Source of the DNA: Candidatus Parcubacteria bacterium | Lineage (GTDB): Bacteria > Patescibacteriota > Minisyncoccia > JACPXH01 | Assembly: GCA_016196625.1 (NCBI GenBank) | Contig: JACPXH010000004.1 | Span: forward strand, 1,711 to 65,710 | DNA length: 64,000 bases | Direction: 5' to 3' | Part shown: piece by piece, positions 39,217 through 48,815 of the stretch | Layout: each line of letters opens with the position of its first letter | How positions within the stretch are numbered: the first letter of the stretch is position 1 | Program-made: the position numbers and the translations under genes | Notes under the pieces: generated by a model | What the model was told of the DNA's origin: nothing | The model's input: the letters and a program-made list of their open reading frames with translations, nothing else | Database searches by the model: none

Positions 39217-39804
39217 ATGAATATGTTCCGGTGGGTTATCGGTTTGGTCTTCGCAGGAGCGATCTTGCTCGGACCAGCCCAGGCGTCGGCCATCACGATC
39301 ACGATCAGTCCAAGTGCGACCATGCAGGTGGGAACGAATAACACCGTTACGATCAGCCCCATTACGCTGCACACGCCGCTGCCGGGTTACCCTACTGGCG
39401 ACTACAGCGTTCAGTTCCGCTGGGACCCGGCGTACGGCGTGCTTGTGCCCACCGCGGCGACTCGGCTCGGCGGAGATGTCAGACCGATAGGAGGCGCTGT
39501 CGGTACAGAGGTCAATGGTGTCCTGATCGAAACCGAAACGTTCACCCCAGACTCTCTTATGGGCTGTACGTTCCGAGTTCAGGCGTTCAACCGGGCAGCG
39601 AACACGAAAAGTACCATCCTCTACTACAACGCGTTTAACGCAGCCGGCAACGGCATCGGGTTCGCGTACCTGTTCCAGTTGATGTCGCCAAACAGCCGAT
39701 CTACGCTCTCCACATTCTGGGTAACACCGACGAGCCAGACGATCCGCTGCAGCCAAATCGCCCGCTACGAACTCGATCTTTCCATCTCCAGCGCGCTGCC
39801 GTAA
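39217..39804 (+). CDS. Secreted hypothetical protein
   Basis: AGGAGGGAG SD, signal peptide ending AQASA, beta-rich mature part. Confidence 0.65.
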   Translation: MNMFRWVIGLVFAGAILLGPAQASAITITISPSATMQVGTNNTVTISPITLHTPLPGYPTGDYSVQFRWDPAYGVLVPTAATRLGGDVRPIGGAVGTEVNGVLIETETFTPDSLMGCTFRVQAFNRAANTKSTILYYNAFNAAGNGIGFAYLFQLMSPNSRSTLSTFWVTPTSQTIRCSQIARYELDLSISSALP

Positions 39805-39980
39805 CATCGCTCCAATCAGAGCGACGCGCCTCCAGCGGAATTCCGCGGAGGCGATAACCAGGGAGGGCCCAGGGATCGCTCTGGGTGGCAGCGGGACTGT
39901 TAACTGCTCCCGGATCGCTCGCTGCGAGCCTGATCCACTCTCTTCGGCGAACCCCCAAGTTCTACGAGGCATACTCGCCA

Positions 39981-40017
39981 ACACCTCCGGCAGATACCGC
40001 CGGAGGTGTCACCTTTT
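39981..40017 (+). terminator. Intrinsic terminator
   Basis: acacctccggc/gccggaggtgt stem, then cacctttt. Confidence 0.65.
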
Positions 40018-40138
40018 AATAAAACGCTGCATCAACAAGAAGACCGCCAGCGAGTTGCTGGACGGCCATGCACACGGCGTCATTCTTTCTCGTTTTTATA
40101 TCATACGGGGAAGAAAAAACCAGCCGCCGGTATTCACC

Positions 40139-41113
40139 TCAATCCGCGAGCGCCTCGCGGCAGAACATTGATGCTGGCGTATATGTCTGGCAATCAGCTT
40201 GAAGCTCCCGGACTGATTTGGCGAACGTTCCCTGTAGGTAACTCGCGGCCACCGAAAAACAGTGGGCGCGGTCGGCGGCCGCGCTGACCGCCTCGCAAAA
40301 CGGAAAAGCATACCGGCCGTCCCATGTGTTGTCCGCAAGCGCATAGACCACTCCCCGAATGCAGGCGCGCTGTTCTTCGCCCGTACCGATCGCGCACCGC
40401 TGCGCGACGAACTTTGGGTCCTTGATGCGTGCGTCGTTCGAAAGATCCCGCCCGATTGATTGCATGCAAGCTTGGGCATACTCGCCGGCCTTGCGACACT
40501 CCATAAAAAGATACGCGGTATCGAGCCCCAGCTCGGACATGCGCGAGGTCTGCATCACGTAACAGTCCGGACGGTACTTCGCCCTGAGCTTGCTGCAAGG
40601 ATAGTGCAGATCCGTGGGGCTTACGTCGCGGCGTTCGGGTTCGGCTGCGGCAACTCCACGCAAGAACCGTTCGGTGGCTCCGTGGTAGCAGCCGGAGTGG
40701 CACGTCTGGTTGCAGGCCGCGAACGCAGCCTGAACCGTTCCCTGAATGCGAAACGTCTCGCGGCCGATCGCATGCGCGATCGGGTGGCACGCCAGCCGCA
40801 ACCCTCCATCGGTATCAATATGGGACTTTAGTATGGCCAGCGCTTCGACGGTTGAATGCTGCTTGAGAAAAGCATGAAACACTTCCCCCAAGCACGCATC
40901 TCTGTCGGCAGCTGCCCGGAGGCAATGAAGCAGCGTAGCCCGTGAGAGCGCAACGCTTGCGGCAGACGCTGGCGCTAGAGAACCCGAGCTCAACTGCCCG
41001 GTCCTCGCGGACAAACCAGTTGCCGATAAGTTTTCTACCAAAAACAGGACCGCACCGCCCGCGAGCAACAGAACGATAAGCGCGACAGACTTCGGTAAGG
41101 CATGCTGCACCAT
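40139..41113 (-). CDS. Exported Cys/His-rich repeat protein
   Basis: N-terminal TM; CHPIAHAIG, CHSGCYHG, YPC and many paired Cys. Confidence 0.7.
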   Translation of the reverse strand: MVQHALPKSVALIVLLLAGGAVLFLVENLSATGLSARTGQLSSGSLAPASAASVALSRATLLHCLRAAADRDACLGEVFHAFLKQHSTVEALAILKSHIDTDGGLRLACHPIAHAIGRETFRIQGTVQAAFAACNQTCHSGCYHGATERFLRGVAAAEPERRDVSPTDLHYPCSKLRAKYRPDCYVMQTSRMSELGLDTAYLFMECRKAGEYAQACMQSIGRDLSNDARIKDPKFVAQRCAIGTGEEQRACIRGVVYALADNTWDGRYAFPFCEAVSAAADRAHCFSVAASYLQGTFAKSVRELQADCQTYTPASMFCREALAD

Positions 41114-41243
41114 GGCGTTGTACGCGGCTCAAAAAGCCGCACCCTCGGTCGGAGATGAAATAGAAAACTGCGCCATGCACCATATTATACCCTACTGTTG
41201 GCGAGGTGTCTTTTGAGGCGTTCTAAAAATACATAGAACCGCT

Positions 41244-42206
41244 TCATTTTTCAGTCTTGATCTGGTTTAACATTTTTTCTATGTTTTTTATGCTGTCGGG
41301 GTCGCTGATGGAGATCGCCATCGCGTGAGAATCTATTTTTTGGAGCGCCGATAATGTTTTCTTAATTTCTTCTGGCGTGGCGAGGTCGCTTTTCGTGAGG
41401 AAAATGCGTTCCGGTTTTTGAAGGAGCGCCTGGTTATACGCGCCTAGTTCCTTGCGAATAACCCGGTAGTCCTTTAGGGGAATGCGGGACTCCGCCGAAA
41501 TAAAATGGAAAAGAATGTGCGTCCGCTCGATGTGGCGGAGAAACTTGATACCCAGCCCTCGACCGCTTGATGATCCCTCAATGAGCCCGGGAATATCCGC
41601 GAGGATAAGTTCGTAGTATGCGCCTAAATTTGGTTCAAGCGTGGTAAATGGATAATTCGCCACCTTGCTTCTGGCATGCGTGAGTGTATTGAGCAAACTT
41701 GATTTGCCGACGTTCGGAAGCCCCACAAAACCGATATCAGCAATGAACTTAAGCTCGAGCCTGAACGCAAAACGTTCTCCCGGCGTACCCGGCTGCACGT
41801 GTGTGGGCGAGGTGTTGCGCGAAGAACGAAACTGGAAATTGCCTTTTCCGCCCAAGCCGCCTTGTGCGAGAAGAACCCGCTCACCGATTTTCTCAACGTT
41901 CATTTCGCTGCCGTTAGTAAGATTGTGGACTACGGCTCCAACGGGAAGCTTCAAGATAAGATCCTCTCCGTCGTGACCGTCGCGGAACTGGCCGCGGCCG
42001 TCCCGGCCATGCTCCGCAGAAAATTCCTTTTTAAAACGGAATTGCCGAAGTGCGCCCAGATCGGAGACGCCTTCGCCATAGACGCTGCCGCCCTTACCTC
42101 CTGACCCCCCGACAGGCCCGAGGCTTTTAAGGTTCGCATTAAACGCCACGGCACCCCTTCCGCCATGGCCAGCGTTTATTTTTATTTCGACGTCATCGAC
42201 AAGCAT
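41244..42206 (-). CDS. obgE: Obg-family GTPase (short form without C-terminal domain)
   Basis: Gly-rich Obg fold, GLPNVGKS, YPFTT, DIPG, FLRHIER, TKSD. Confidence 0.92.
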   Translation of the reverse strand: MLVDDVEIKINAGHGGRGAVAFNANLKSLGPVGGSGGKGGSVYGEGVSDLGALRQFRFKKEFSAEHGRDGRGQFRDGHDGEDLILKLPVGAVVHNLTNGSEMNVEKIGERVLLAQGGLGGKGNFQFRSSRNTSPTHVQPGTPGERFAFRLELKFIADIGFVGLPNVGKSSLLNTLTHARSKVANYPFTTLEPNLGAYYELILADIPGLIEGSSSGRGLGIKFLRHIERTHILFHFISAESRIPLKDYRVIRKELGAYNQALLQKPERIFLTKSDLATPEEIKKTLSALQKIDSHAMAISISDPDSIKNIEKMLNQIKTEK

Positions 42207-42354
42207 TGCTTTTCAATCCTATCAAGCCCCCGCCCGTCCTGAACAAAATCCGACCTGCCCTCCGAAACTTTAGTGAAGGAGGGACTTTTTACCAAATGAA
42301 TCCCGACGACTGAAGCCGCGCCGCCGCTCGCTTGCGCTCGCTCGCCAAAACGCC

Positions 42355-42600
42355 CTACTTCGGATGCGCCATGAGATCGTGGAGGTGGTAGACGTCGCCC
42401 TCAATGGTAAAATAGAACCGCCAGTCCCGGCTCACCCGCGCCTGCCACAGGTCGCGAGCTTCGTCGTATTTATTGGCTCGGAGCGAGCGGTGACGCAAAT
42501 TCTGGAGGAGGAATGCGAGTTTCCGGTCGAAGGCCCGCTGTATGGCGGCGGGGGCTTCCGCATAGCTACGCCGAAAGCGTTCGCTGTAGAAAACGCGCAT
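42355..42600 (-). CDS. RelE/ParE-superfamily toxin
   Basis: FRRSY, HRSLRANK, WQARVSRDWRFYF; coupled to the upstream antitoxin. Confidence 0.8.
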   Translation of the reverse strand: MRVFYSERFRRSYAEAPAAIQRAFDRKLAFLLQNLRHRSLRANKYDEARDLWQARVSRDWRFYFTIEGDVYHLHDLMAHPK

Positions 42601-42890
42601 CAGGCGATTTTCTTCCTACCCCTTTTCGTCCTCCGCGCACCTTGACGCAGCGACCGAACGGCCGCTTTGGCGGACGAAAATGGCCCGTGGGTACGGCCCC
42701 GCCGGAAGTCCTCGAAGCTCTCGGCGAGACGCTGCTCGATCGCTTTGTCAACGAGGGTCTTGGGCGTGAGCACAAGCTTACCGCGTTCAAGCTCGACTTC
42801 GAGGTAGTCTCCGGGGGTAAGCCCGAGTTCATCGTGGAGCTTCTTGGGGATGACCACCTGGCGGCTCACCCCGATCTTGACGGCCGGCAT
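42600..42890 (-). CDS. AbrB/MazE/SpoVT-type antitoxin
   Basis: QVVIPKKLHDELGLTPGDYLEV..GKLVLTP. Confidence 0.85.
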   Translation of the reverse strand: MPAVKIGVSRQVVIPKKLHDELGLTPGDYLEVELERGKLVLTPKTLVDKAIEQRLAESFEDFRRGRTHGPFSSAKAAVRSLRQGARRTKRGRKKIA

Positions 42891-43012
42891 GGCGCTCCCT
42901 CCGTGGAATTGTATTTTCATATATTTGGATAATCGGGCTTTCGGAGAGAGCCGTCAAGCTCCTCTCGGCATAAAACCGGGCCGTCCCTCGAAGATGTCGC
43001 TCCCTGAGATAG

Positions 43013-43083
43013 CTGCCGGGCAGGGATTCGAACCCCGATTGATGGATCCAGAGTCCATAGTCCTACCGTTAGACGACCCGGCA
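43013..43083 (-). tRNA. tRNA-Gln(CTG)
   Basis: TGCCGGG acceptor, anticodon loop CTCTGGA, GGTTCGAATCC T-arm; CCA not encoded. Confidence 0.93.
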
Positions 43084-43119
43084 AAACGATTCCTATCATG
43101 ACGTAAAAGTGGCCGGAAC

Positions 43120-43155
43120 ACAAGGTAGCCGCGCATAAAAGCGCGGCTACCTTGT
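43120..43155. terminator. Hairpin after ftsX
   Basis: Perfect 15-bp IR acaaggtagccgcgc/gcgcggctaccttgt. Confidence 0.6.
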
Positions 43156-43168
43156 CGGATAGAAACCC

Positions 43169-44086
43169 CTACACCTTCAAATACCTCCGGACCGCGATGT
43201 AGCTCGAAAGCGCGCCCAACGCGATACCGACCGCAAGTTCAAGGCCGAGGATAACCCAAAAGTTCTGCTTGAAGTAGGCAAACAGGTTAGTGCCGGTAAG
43301 CAAAAAACCGGAAATCTTGGGTGAGACCGCGCCCACCACGGGGAGTAGGACCGCGGTTGTGGTGAGAGCCGCGATGATGCCGTAGAGAACGCCCGCCACC
43401 AAGAAAGGACCGCGAATAAACCAGTTGGACGCCCCCACCAACCGCATCACGCCAATTTCATCGCGCGCAGTGTAAATCGCAAGCCGAATCGTATTGAAAG
43501 CCACCAGCACCGCCACCGCGGCGAGCACGAACGAAAGGATCGCTCCCGAGCGCCGGATGCCGCCGATGATGCTCGAAAGGCGTCCAATCACCTCGGCGTT
43601 CTGCGAATAGTTGACCTTGTCAATGAGGGGCTTGTACATCTCGCGTTCTAGGAAACCCGCGATTGAAGCAAACTGGTCGGTCTCGCGCGCCTTGATGTTG
43701 AGCGTGGCCTCCAGCGGATTTTCGCCGAGCTCCGCCAACGATTCAAGCAATAGAGGGTTATCCTTGTGGCGTTCCTTGAAAACCGCCAGCGCCTCATCCG
43801 GCGTGACGTACTGAACGGACTTGACCTCGGTGAGCTGCTCCACGTCGCGTCTGACCTTCGCGATTTCATCTTCCGGCGTGCCCTGCTTGAAATACACGCT
43901 GATATCAATGCGATCCTGCAGGTTAAAAATGAGCGATTGCGTAATCACATTCAGCAACAGCAGACTGGTCATGACAAAAATTGTGAGCGCCATCACGCTA
44001 ATGGTGGCGGTAGACAGCCAGCCGTTGCGGACGAACGACTGCAAACCCGATCTGGTTACCCGTTTGATGGTTTCAACTAGAGGCAT
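43169..44086 (-). CDS. ftsX: Cell division permease FtsX
   Basis: RNGWLS, FNTIRLAIY, EIGVMRLVGAS.WFIRGPF; follows ftsE. Confidence 0.93.
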   Translation of the reverse strand: MPLVETIKRVTRSGLQSFVRNGWLSTATISVMALTIFVMTSLLLLNVITQSLIFNLQDRIDISVYFKQGTPEDEIAKVRRDVEQLTEVKSVQYVTPDEALAVFKERHKDNPLLLESLAELGENPLEATLNIKARETDQFASIAGFLEREMYKPLIDKVNYSQNAEVIGRLSSIIGGIRRSGAILSFVLAAVAVLVAFNTIRLAIYTARDEIGVMRLVGASNWFIRGPFLVAGVLYGIIAALTTTAVLLPVVGAVSPKISGFLLTGTNLFAYFKQNFWVILGLELAVGIALGALSSYIAVRRYLKV

Positions 44087-44128
44087 AGCCGCGACCGGTG
44101 AGGTTTCTCGCGTTTAATGTTTGACTTT

Positions 44129-44809
44129 TCACAGGATGTACCTGCCCCGGGCTTCATCCCTGACCACCCGCCCCCGATCAAGGCTCACCACCCGACGCTC
44201 GATCGTGTTGATGATTTCGCGATCGTGCGTGGCCAAAATCACGGTGGTGCCCAAATCGTTAATCTTCATGAGCAGCCGAATGATGTCCCACGTGTTCAAG
44301 GGATCAAGGTTGCCGGTGGGCTCATCAGCCATGATGATATCGGGCCGATGGGCGAGGGCTCGTGCGAGCGCGACCCGCTGCTTTTCTCCACCCGATAGCT
44401 CCCGGGGGAAATTTCCGGCTTTATCCTTGAGGCCAACGAGTTCGAGCACCTTAGGAACGTCCCGCTCAATCTCCTCGTTAGTCGCGGCAGCCACCTCCAT
44501 GGCAAAGGCGACGTTCTCATGGGCGGTACGTTCCGCGAGCAAACGGAAGTCCTGAAACACCGTGCCGATGCGCCGGCGCAGAATGGAAAGTTTGGCCAGC
44601 GGGATCTGGTGGACGTCAATCGAATCAAGGAAAACGCGCCCCGCGCTGGGCTTTTCTTCGGCGATCAGCATCTTGAGCAACGTTGATTTCCCTGCTCCGG
44701 ACTGGCCCACGATTGAGACAAACTCGCCCGGCTGAATTTCCAAACTGACCCCCTCCAGTGCCACCGCGTGCTCGTTATAAATTTTTGAAACGTTGTCGAA
44801 TTTAATCAT
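44129..44809 (-). CDS. ftsE: Cell division ATP-binding protein FtsE
   Basis: GQSGAGKS, VFQDFRLL, LSGGE, ADEPTGNLD. Confidence 0.93.
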   Translation of the reverse strand: MIKFDNVSKIYNEHAVALEGVSLEIQPGEFVSIVGQSGAGKSTLLKMLIAEEKPSAGRVFLDSIDVHQIPLAKLSILRRRIGTVFQDFRLLAERTAHENVAFAMEVAAATNEEIERDVPKVLELVGLKDKAGNFPRELSGGEKQRVALARALAHRPDIIMADEPTGNLDPLNTWDIIRLLMKINDLGTTVILATHDREIINTIERRVVSLDRGRVVRDEARGRYIL

Positions 44810-45975
44810 CGCTAATCTGTTTTACCCGCCGCTCCACATCATACCGGGCTGCATCATCGCTCCGAAGCTCCGCCTCAATGAATTCGTCCAGTTCGCCGTC
44901 GAGCACATCCTGCACCCGAGGGGTCTCAACGTTCGTGCGCAGATCCTTAACCATTTTGTAGGGGTGGAGCACGTAAGAGCGAATCTGATGGCCCCACTCA
45001 ATTTTGACGCGCTTGCCTTTGAGTTTGGCGAGCTCCTGCGTTTTCTCCTGCTGCATCAGTTGGAAGAGCTTGGCTCGCAGCATGGCCATGGCCCGCTCGC
45101 GGTTGGAGGACTGCTGGCGTTCTTCTTGGGAGGCCACCACGATGCCGGTGGGCACGTGCGTAATGCGAACCGCGGTTTCCCGCTTATTTACGTTCTGCCC
45201 GCCGGGGCCGGATGAACGAAAAAGATCAACTGCAAGCTCGTCGGGTTTAATGGAAATGTCCGATTCACCCTCGGCAAAGACCGGCAGGACCTCAACCATG
45301 GCGAAGGATGTGTGCCGGAGCTTGTTGGGTGAGAAGGGAGAAATTCTAACGAGCCGATGGACGCCATTCTCGCCTTTGAGGTAGCCGTAAACGTATCTGC
45401 CCTCAACGTGGAAAGTTACGCTCTTGATGCCCTGCTCTTCGCCCCGCGACTCGGCAAGTTTTATCACCTTCCAGCCGCGCTCTTCGGCGTAGCGCGAGTA
45501 CATACGCGCGAGCATCTCGGCCCAGTCTTGAGCATCCACTCCGCCCGCGCCAGCGTACAAAGACAGCAGCGCTGCGTTCCGGTCATACGGCCCCGCGAGG
45601 AGCGCCTGCAGCTCTGCCTTCCGGAAGCGCCGCTCTATATCTTGCACCCGCGTTTCCCACTCTGTTTTAAGACCGGCAAATTCCGGATCGTCCAGATTGC
45701 CGTGGGTGCCGTCCAGCTCGGCGAGCGCCTGCCAGTCTTTGCGCAGAGCTTCAACCTCGGACGCAAACCCGTCCCACCGGGCCACCTCTTCTTTAATTTC
45801 CCTCAAACGTTGCTGGGTCTTTTGGGCCTCATCCGCGTTCTCCCAGAAGTCCGGCCGGCTCGTCTCCTGTTCGAGCTCGGCGATCTCGGTTTTTAGCTTG
45901 GGAACGTCAAAGACGGTCCGCCGTCTGGCGGATTTGAGCAGCAAGGCGATCGAGTCTTCCGGCCGGGTTTTCCAT
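44802..45975 (-). CDS. prfB: Peptide chain release factor 2, +1 programmed frameshift at CTT TGA C (45906-45912)
   Basis: MENPAGRLDRLAAQIRQTADRL-stop, then +1 frame DVPKLK...; SPF and GGQ motifs. Confidence 0.93.
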
Positions 45976-46016
45976 AACCCATCCATGGTATCACACCCGG
46001 CTGGGGAAACGAAAGG

Positions 46017-46155
46017 GAGCCACCTCCCGGATTCGAACCCCGCACCAATTCCGAAGAGAAGAAGCCTCGGGCGGATGACGCGAGGCTCGGTATCGCCTCG
46101 GCTCACTTCAACCCTAATGAACGTATGCGGAAAGAATTGGTGCGGGGCGGGGACC
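46017..46155 (-). pseudogene. tRNA 3'-half remnant interrupted by a palindromic element
   Basis: Removing 46039-46147 restores GGTC-CCCGG-TTCGAAT-CCGGG-AGGTGGC-TCC; the insert has IR cccgcaccaatt/aattggtgcggg. Confidence 0.6.
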
Positions 46156-46182
46156 TTCACGGCATTTATCCCGCACTTTTTC

Positions 46183-46257
46183 TGGAGCCGGAGGCGAGAT
46201 TCGAACTCGCGACTTGCTGTTTACGAAACAGCTACTCTACCGCTGAGTTACTCCGGC
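46183..46257 (-). tRNA. tRNA-Thr(CGT)
   Basis: GCCGGAG acceptor, loop TTCGTAA, GTTCGAATC, encoded CCA. Confidence 0.94.
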
Positions 46258-46412
46258 ATCCGTAATAAACCAACGGCCTTCTTGAGCTCTTTTGCTTGCT
46301 ACTCGATCCTTTCTACCATTCCCCCTGTTCAACCCGGCGTATGTAAAGGTGGCCAAGAACAGACGCACAGCGTAACAGCACTCACCCGAATATTCAACTT
46401 CGCCGGCGACGA

Positions 46413-47258
46413 TCACGCGCCATAGACGACCACGGCCGTAGCCACGTCTGCCCAGTCGTAAATTTTCTTGTCTGCGCCCGGCGCCATGCGGATGCAGCCA
46501 CCCGAGTACTGCGTGACGACGGCTTTGCCATTGGGATAGTACGGAATGGCGTGGAGATAATACGGCCCGTAAAACTGCAGGCTCAACGGCATCCACACGC
46601 GCGAGATGTTCGAAAAAATGGTACCTCGCTTTTTGAGAATTTTGAAGCGACCGGTGGGCGTTGGAGTTTTGTCCGGGTTGCCCTTGCCGGAAGCTTCGAA
46701 CACGCCCCTGCGCTGACCGTTGTCGAAAAGCTGAATCACCATCGTACTTAAATTGATTTCAATGGCTTTGCCGACGGACGTGCGCGGCCCGTCGAGACCA
46801 ACGCGCTCACCGTTCGCCTTCTGGAAGAATGCTATCTCGCTCGTAGGGAGCATGGGTGACGCCTCTCGCGCGGGCTCAACCGAACGGGCGGCGACCGGTG
46901 CCGCAGGAATCTCAGCGCTCGAACTTGCCTCGGGCACGAGACGCGCCATGAGCGACCCCGGTCCGGGCCAAACAAATCGGTAGCGCTGGCCAGGCTCGAA
47001 TGGACGCGCGGGCCGGAAGTGCAGCTCGCGCACATCGTCAAACCACATGGCCTCTCCCGAGACCGGCGGGACGAGACGAAAGTTGCGCACGGCCTCATCG
47101 CGGCTGACCGAAGGAGGAAAAGTTGCCACCAAGGCCTCGCCCATCTCAGCGCTCAGACGGTATTCGAGCTGTGGCTGGGACGGCACGGCGAGCGCCTCAA
47201 AGCCAATGGTCAAGACAACCCCTGCGGCTAAGGCAAAAAGAACAATGTGTCGGGCCAT
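46413..47258 (-). CDS. L,D-transpeptidase (YkuD) with N-terminal Ig-like domain
   Basis: IEINLS, TPTGRF, YYLHAIP, SGGCIRM. Confidence 0.88.
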   Translation of the reverse strand: MARHIVLFALAAGVVLTIGFEALAVPSQPQLEYRLSAEMGEALVATFPPSVSRDEAVRNFRLVPPVSGEAMWFDDVRELHFRPARPFEPGQRYRFVWPGPGSLMARLVPEASSSAEIPAAPVAARSVEPAREASPMLPTSEIAFFQKANGERVGLDGPRTSVGKAIEINLSTMVIQLFDNGQRRGVFEASGKGNPDKTPTPTGRFKILKKRGTIFSNISRVWMPLSLQFYGPYYLHAIPYYPNGKAVVTQYSGGCIRMAPGADKKIYDWADVATAVVVYGA

Positions 47259-47339
47259 GGTGCTCGGGTTAAAACTGCTGCTGTAGGCAGCGGTCGTGGC
47301 GCGTTGCGAATTCGTGACGCGCGATGCGGTTTGTGATAA

Positions 47340-47380
47340 TGTAAAGTACGCTTGACATACTGATCTCTAATTTCTATACT
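47340..47380 (+). promoter_or_regulatory. Sigma70 promoter with an overlapping palindromic operator
   Basis: TTGACA-17-TATACT (47352-47380); imperfect palindrome TGTAAAG-tacg-CTTGACA covers the -35, upstream of an XRE regulator. Confidence 0.7.
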
Positions 47381-47401
47381 GTAACATATCAGGTGTATGC
47401 T

Positions 47402-47677
47402 ATGAAAGAATTCATTGAGAATCAAGTTTACGAATTGCGAATAAAGTCCGGCATTACGCAGGAAGCGTTGGCGGGGGCAGTTGGCGTCACTCGCCAAACC
47501 ATTATTGCAATTGAAAAAGGAAATTATACACCTTCGGTAATTTTAGCTTTGAAAATTGCCAAATTTTTTTCCGCTAAAGGCGGATCCGCCTCCAGCGGAA
47601 AGAAATCCATCTCCGTAGAAGAAATTTTCTCTATCAAGTATGACCCCTCGATAAAAACTCGGGGTCATGGTGATTAA
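47402..47677 (+). CDS. XRE-family HTH transcriptional regulator
   Basis: [28 protein letters not shown]. Confidence 0.9.
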   Translation: MKEFIENQVYELRIKSGITQEALAGAVGVTRQTIIAIEKGNYTPSVILALKIAKFFSAKGGSASSGKKSISVEEIFSIKYDPSIKTRGHGD

Positions 47678-47686
47678 GATCGAACC

Positions 47687-48052
47687 ATGAAAAATAATCT
47701 CATTCAGGAAATCGCTATTTCCCTCGTTCTTATTATTTTGCTCGTGTTGTTTTTAAATCCATTCGGCTTTTGGATGCCGACTACGCTCTTAATGATGATG
47801 GTGCTTGGTCTGGTCGTTGTATTCGTCGTGTTCGCGAGTTTTGTCTGGAAAGAAAACACCAGAGATGAACGGGAAAGTCTTCATAAAATGATGGCGGGTC
47901 GAATTGCCTTTCTTGCCGGCACGGCTCTATTGGTAATCGGCATCATCGTCCAAAGCTTCAAACATGAACTTGATTACTGGCTCGTATTTACTCTTGGTAC
48001 CATGATTCTGGCAAAAATTATCGGGCTTACATATGGTCGAATTAAATATTAA
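47687..48052 (+). CDS. Four-TM membrane protein (DUF2178-like)
   Basis: RDERE motif between hydrophobic helices, downstream of the XRE gene. Confidence 0.7.
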   Translation: MKNNLIQEIAISLVLIILLVLFLNPFGFWMPTTLLMMMVLGLVVVFVVFASFVWKENTRDERESLHKMMAGRIAFLAGTALLVIGIIVQSFKHELDYWLVFTLGTMILAKIIGLTYGRIKY

Positions 48053-48089
48053 CGCACAAGGGTTCAAAACCATAACAATCAATAAATAT

Positions 48090-48812
48090 ATGACAAACAA
48101 TAACTCACAACCCATTCGACAAGCTCAGAGTGAAAAAAGTTTTGCGATGCCTCTCGTTATCGCAATAATTGCTCTTGTGGTGGTGATTGTGGGAGTCGGC
48201 TATTACGCTACTCGGAAACAACCGCAAACAGCGCAATCGCCAGCGAGTGAAAAGACGTTAGAGGACGGCACCGTAGTGAAAGCTGATGGCACCATGATCA
48301 AACCTGACGGGACGATGGTAAAACCGGACGGCACAATGATTAAGCCAGATGGAACTATGGTTAAACCAGATGGAACGATGGAAAAGAAAGAGGGAGAGAC
48401 CATGGTGAAAAAAGAAGGTGGAGCGATGATGGCAAAGTACACGGGAACAGTTCTGGCCGGCGAGTCTGCACCTCTTCTTGATTTTACGAAAGCAGATTAT
48501 GACACGGCCGTGAAATCGGACGCGTTAGTTGTCCTTTACTTCTATGCCAACTGGTGCCCGATCTGCAAGGCAGAATTTCCAGTAATGCAGAGGGTATTTA
48601 ATGAACTCTCGACGAATAAAGTAATCGGCTTTCGAGTGAATTACAATGACGACCAAACAGACAATGACGAACAGAACCTGGCCAAACAATTCGGGGTTGC
48701 ATACCAGCACACAAAAGTGTTCGTCAAAAACGGCCAAAGAATTCTCAAGTCGCCTGAAGGTTGGGACGAAACGCGCTACGACACGGAGATTAACAAGGCC
48801 TTAACTCAATAA
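48090..48812 (+). CDS. Membrane-anchored thioredoxin-family protein with KPDGTM repeats
   Basis: FYANWCPIC; six 7-aa repeats at 48261-48383. Confidence 0.85.
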   Translation: MTNNNSQPIRQAQSEKSFAMPLVIAIIALVVVIVGVGYYATRKQPQTAQSPASEKTLEDGTVVKADGTMIKPDGTMVKPDGTMIKPDGTMVKPDGTMEKKEGETMVKKEGGAMMAKYTGTVLAGESAPLLDFTKADYDTAVKSDALVVLYFYANWCPICKAEFPVMQRVFNELSTNKVIGFRVNYNDDQTDNDEQNLAKQFGVAYQHTKVFVKNGQRILKSPEGWDETRYDTEINKALTQ

Positions 48813-48815
48813 TAT

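Noticed and set aside
45976-46160. 452-aa prfB ORF starting at 46160
   Set aside because: The extension runs through a palindromic element and tRNA remnant; the conserved CTT TGA C frameshift explains the gene from ATG 45975.
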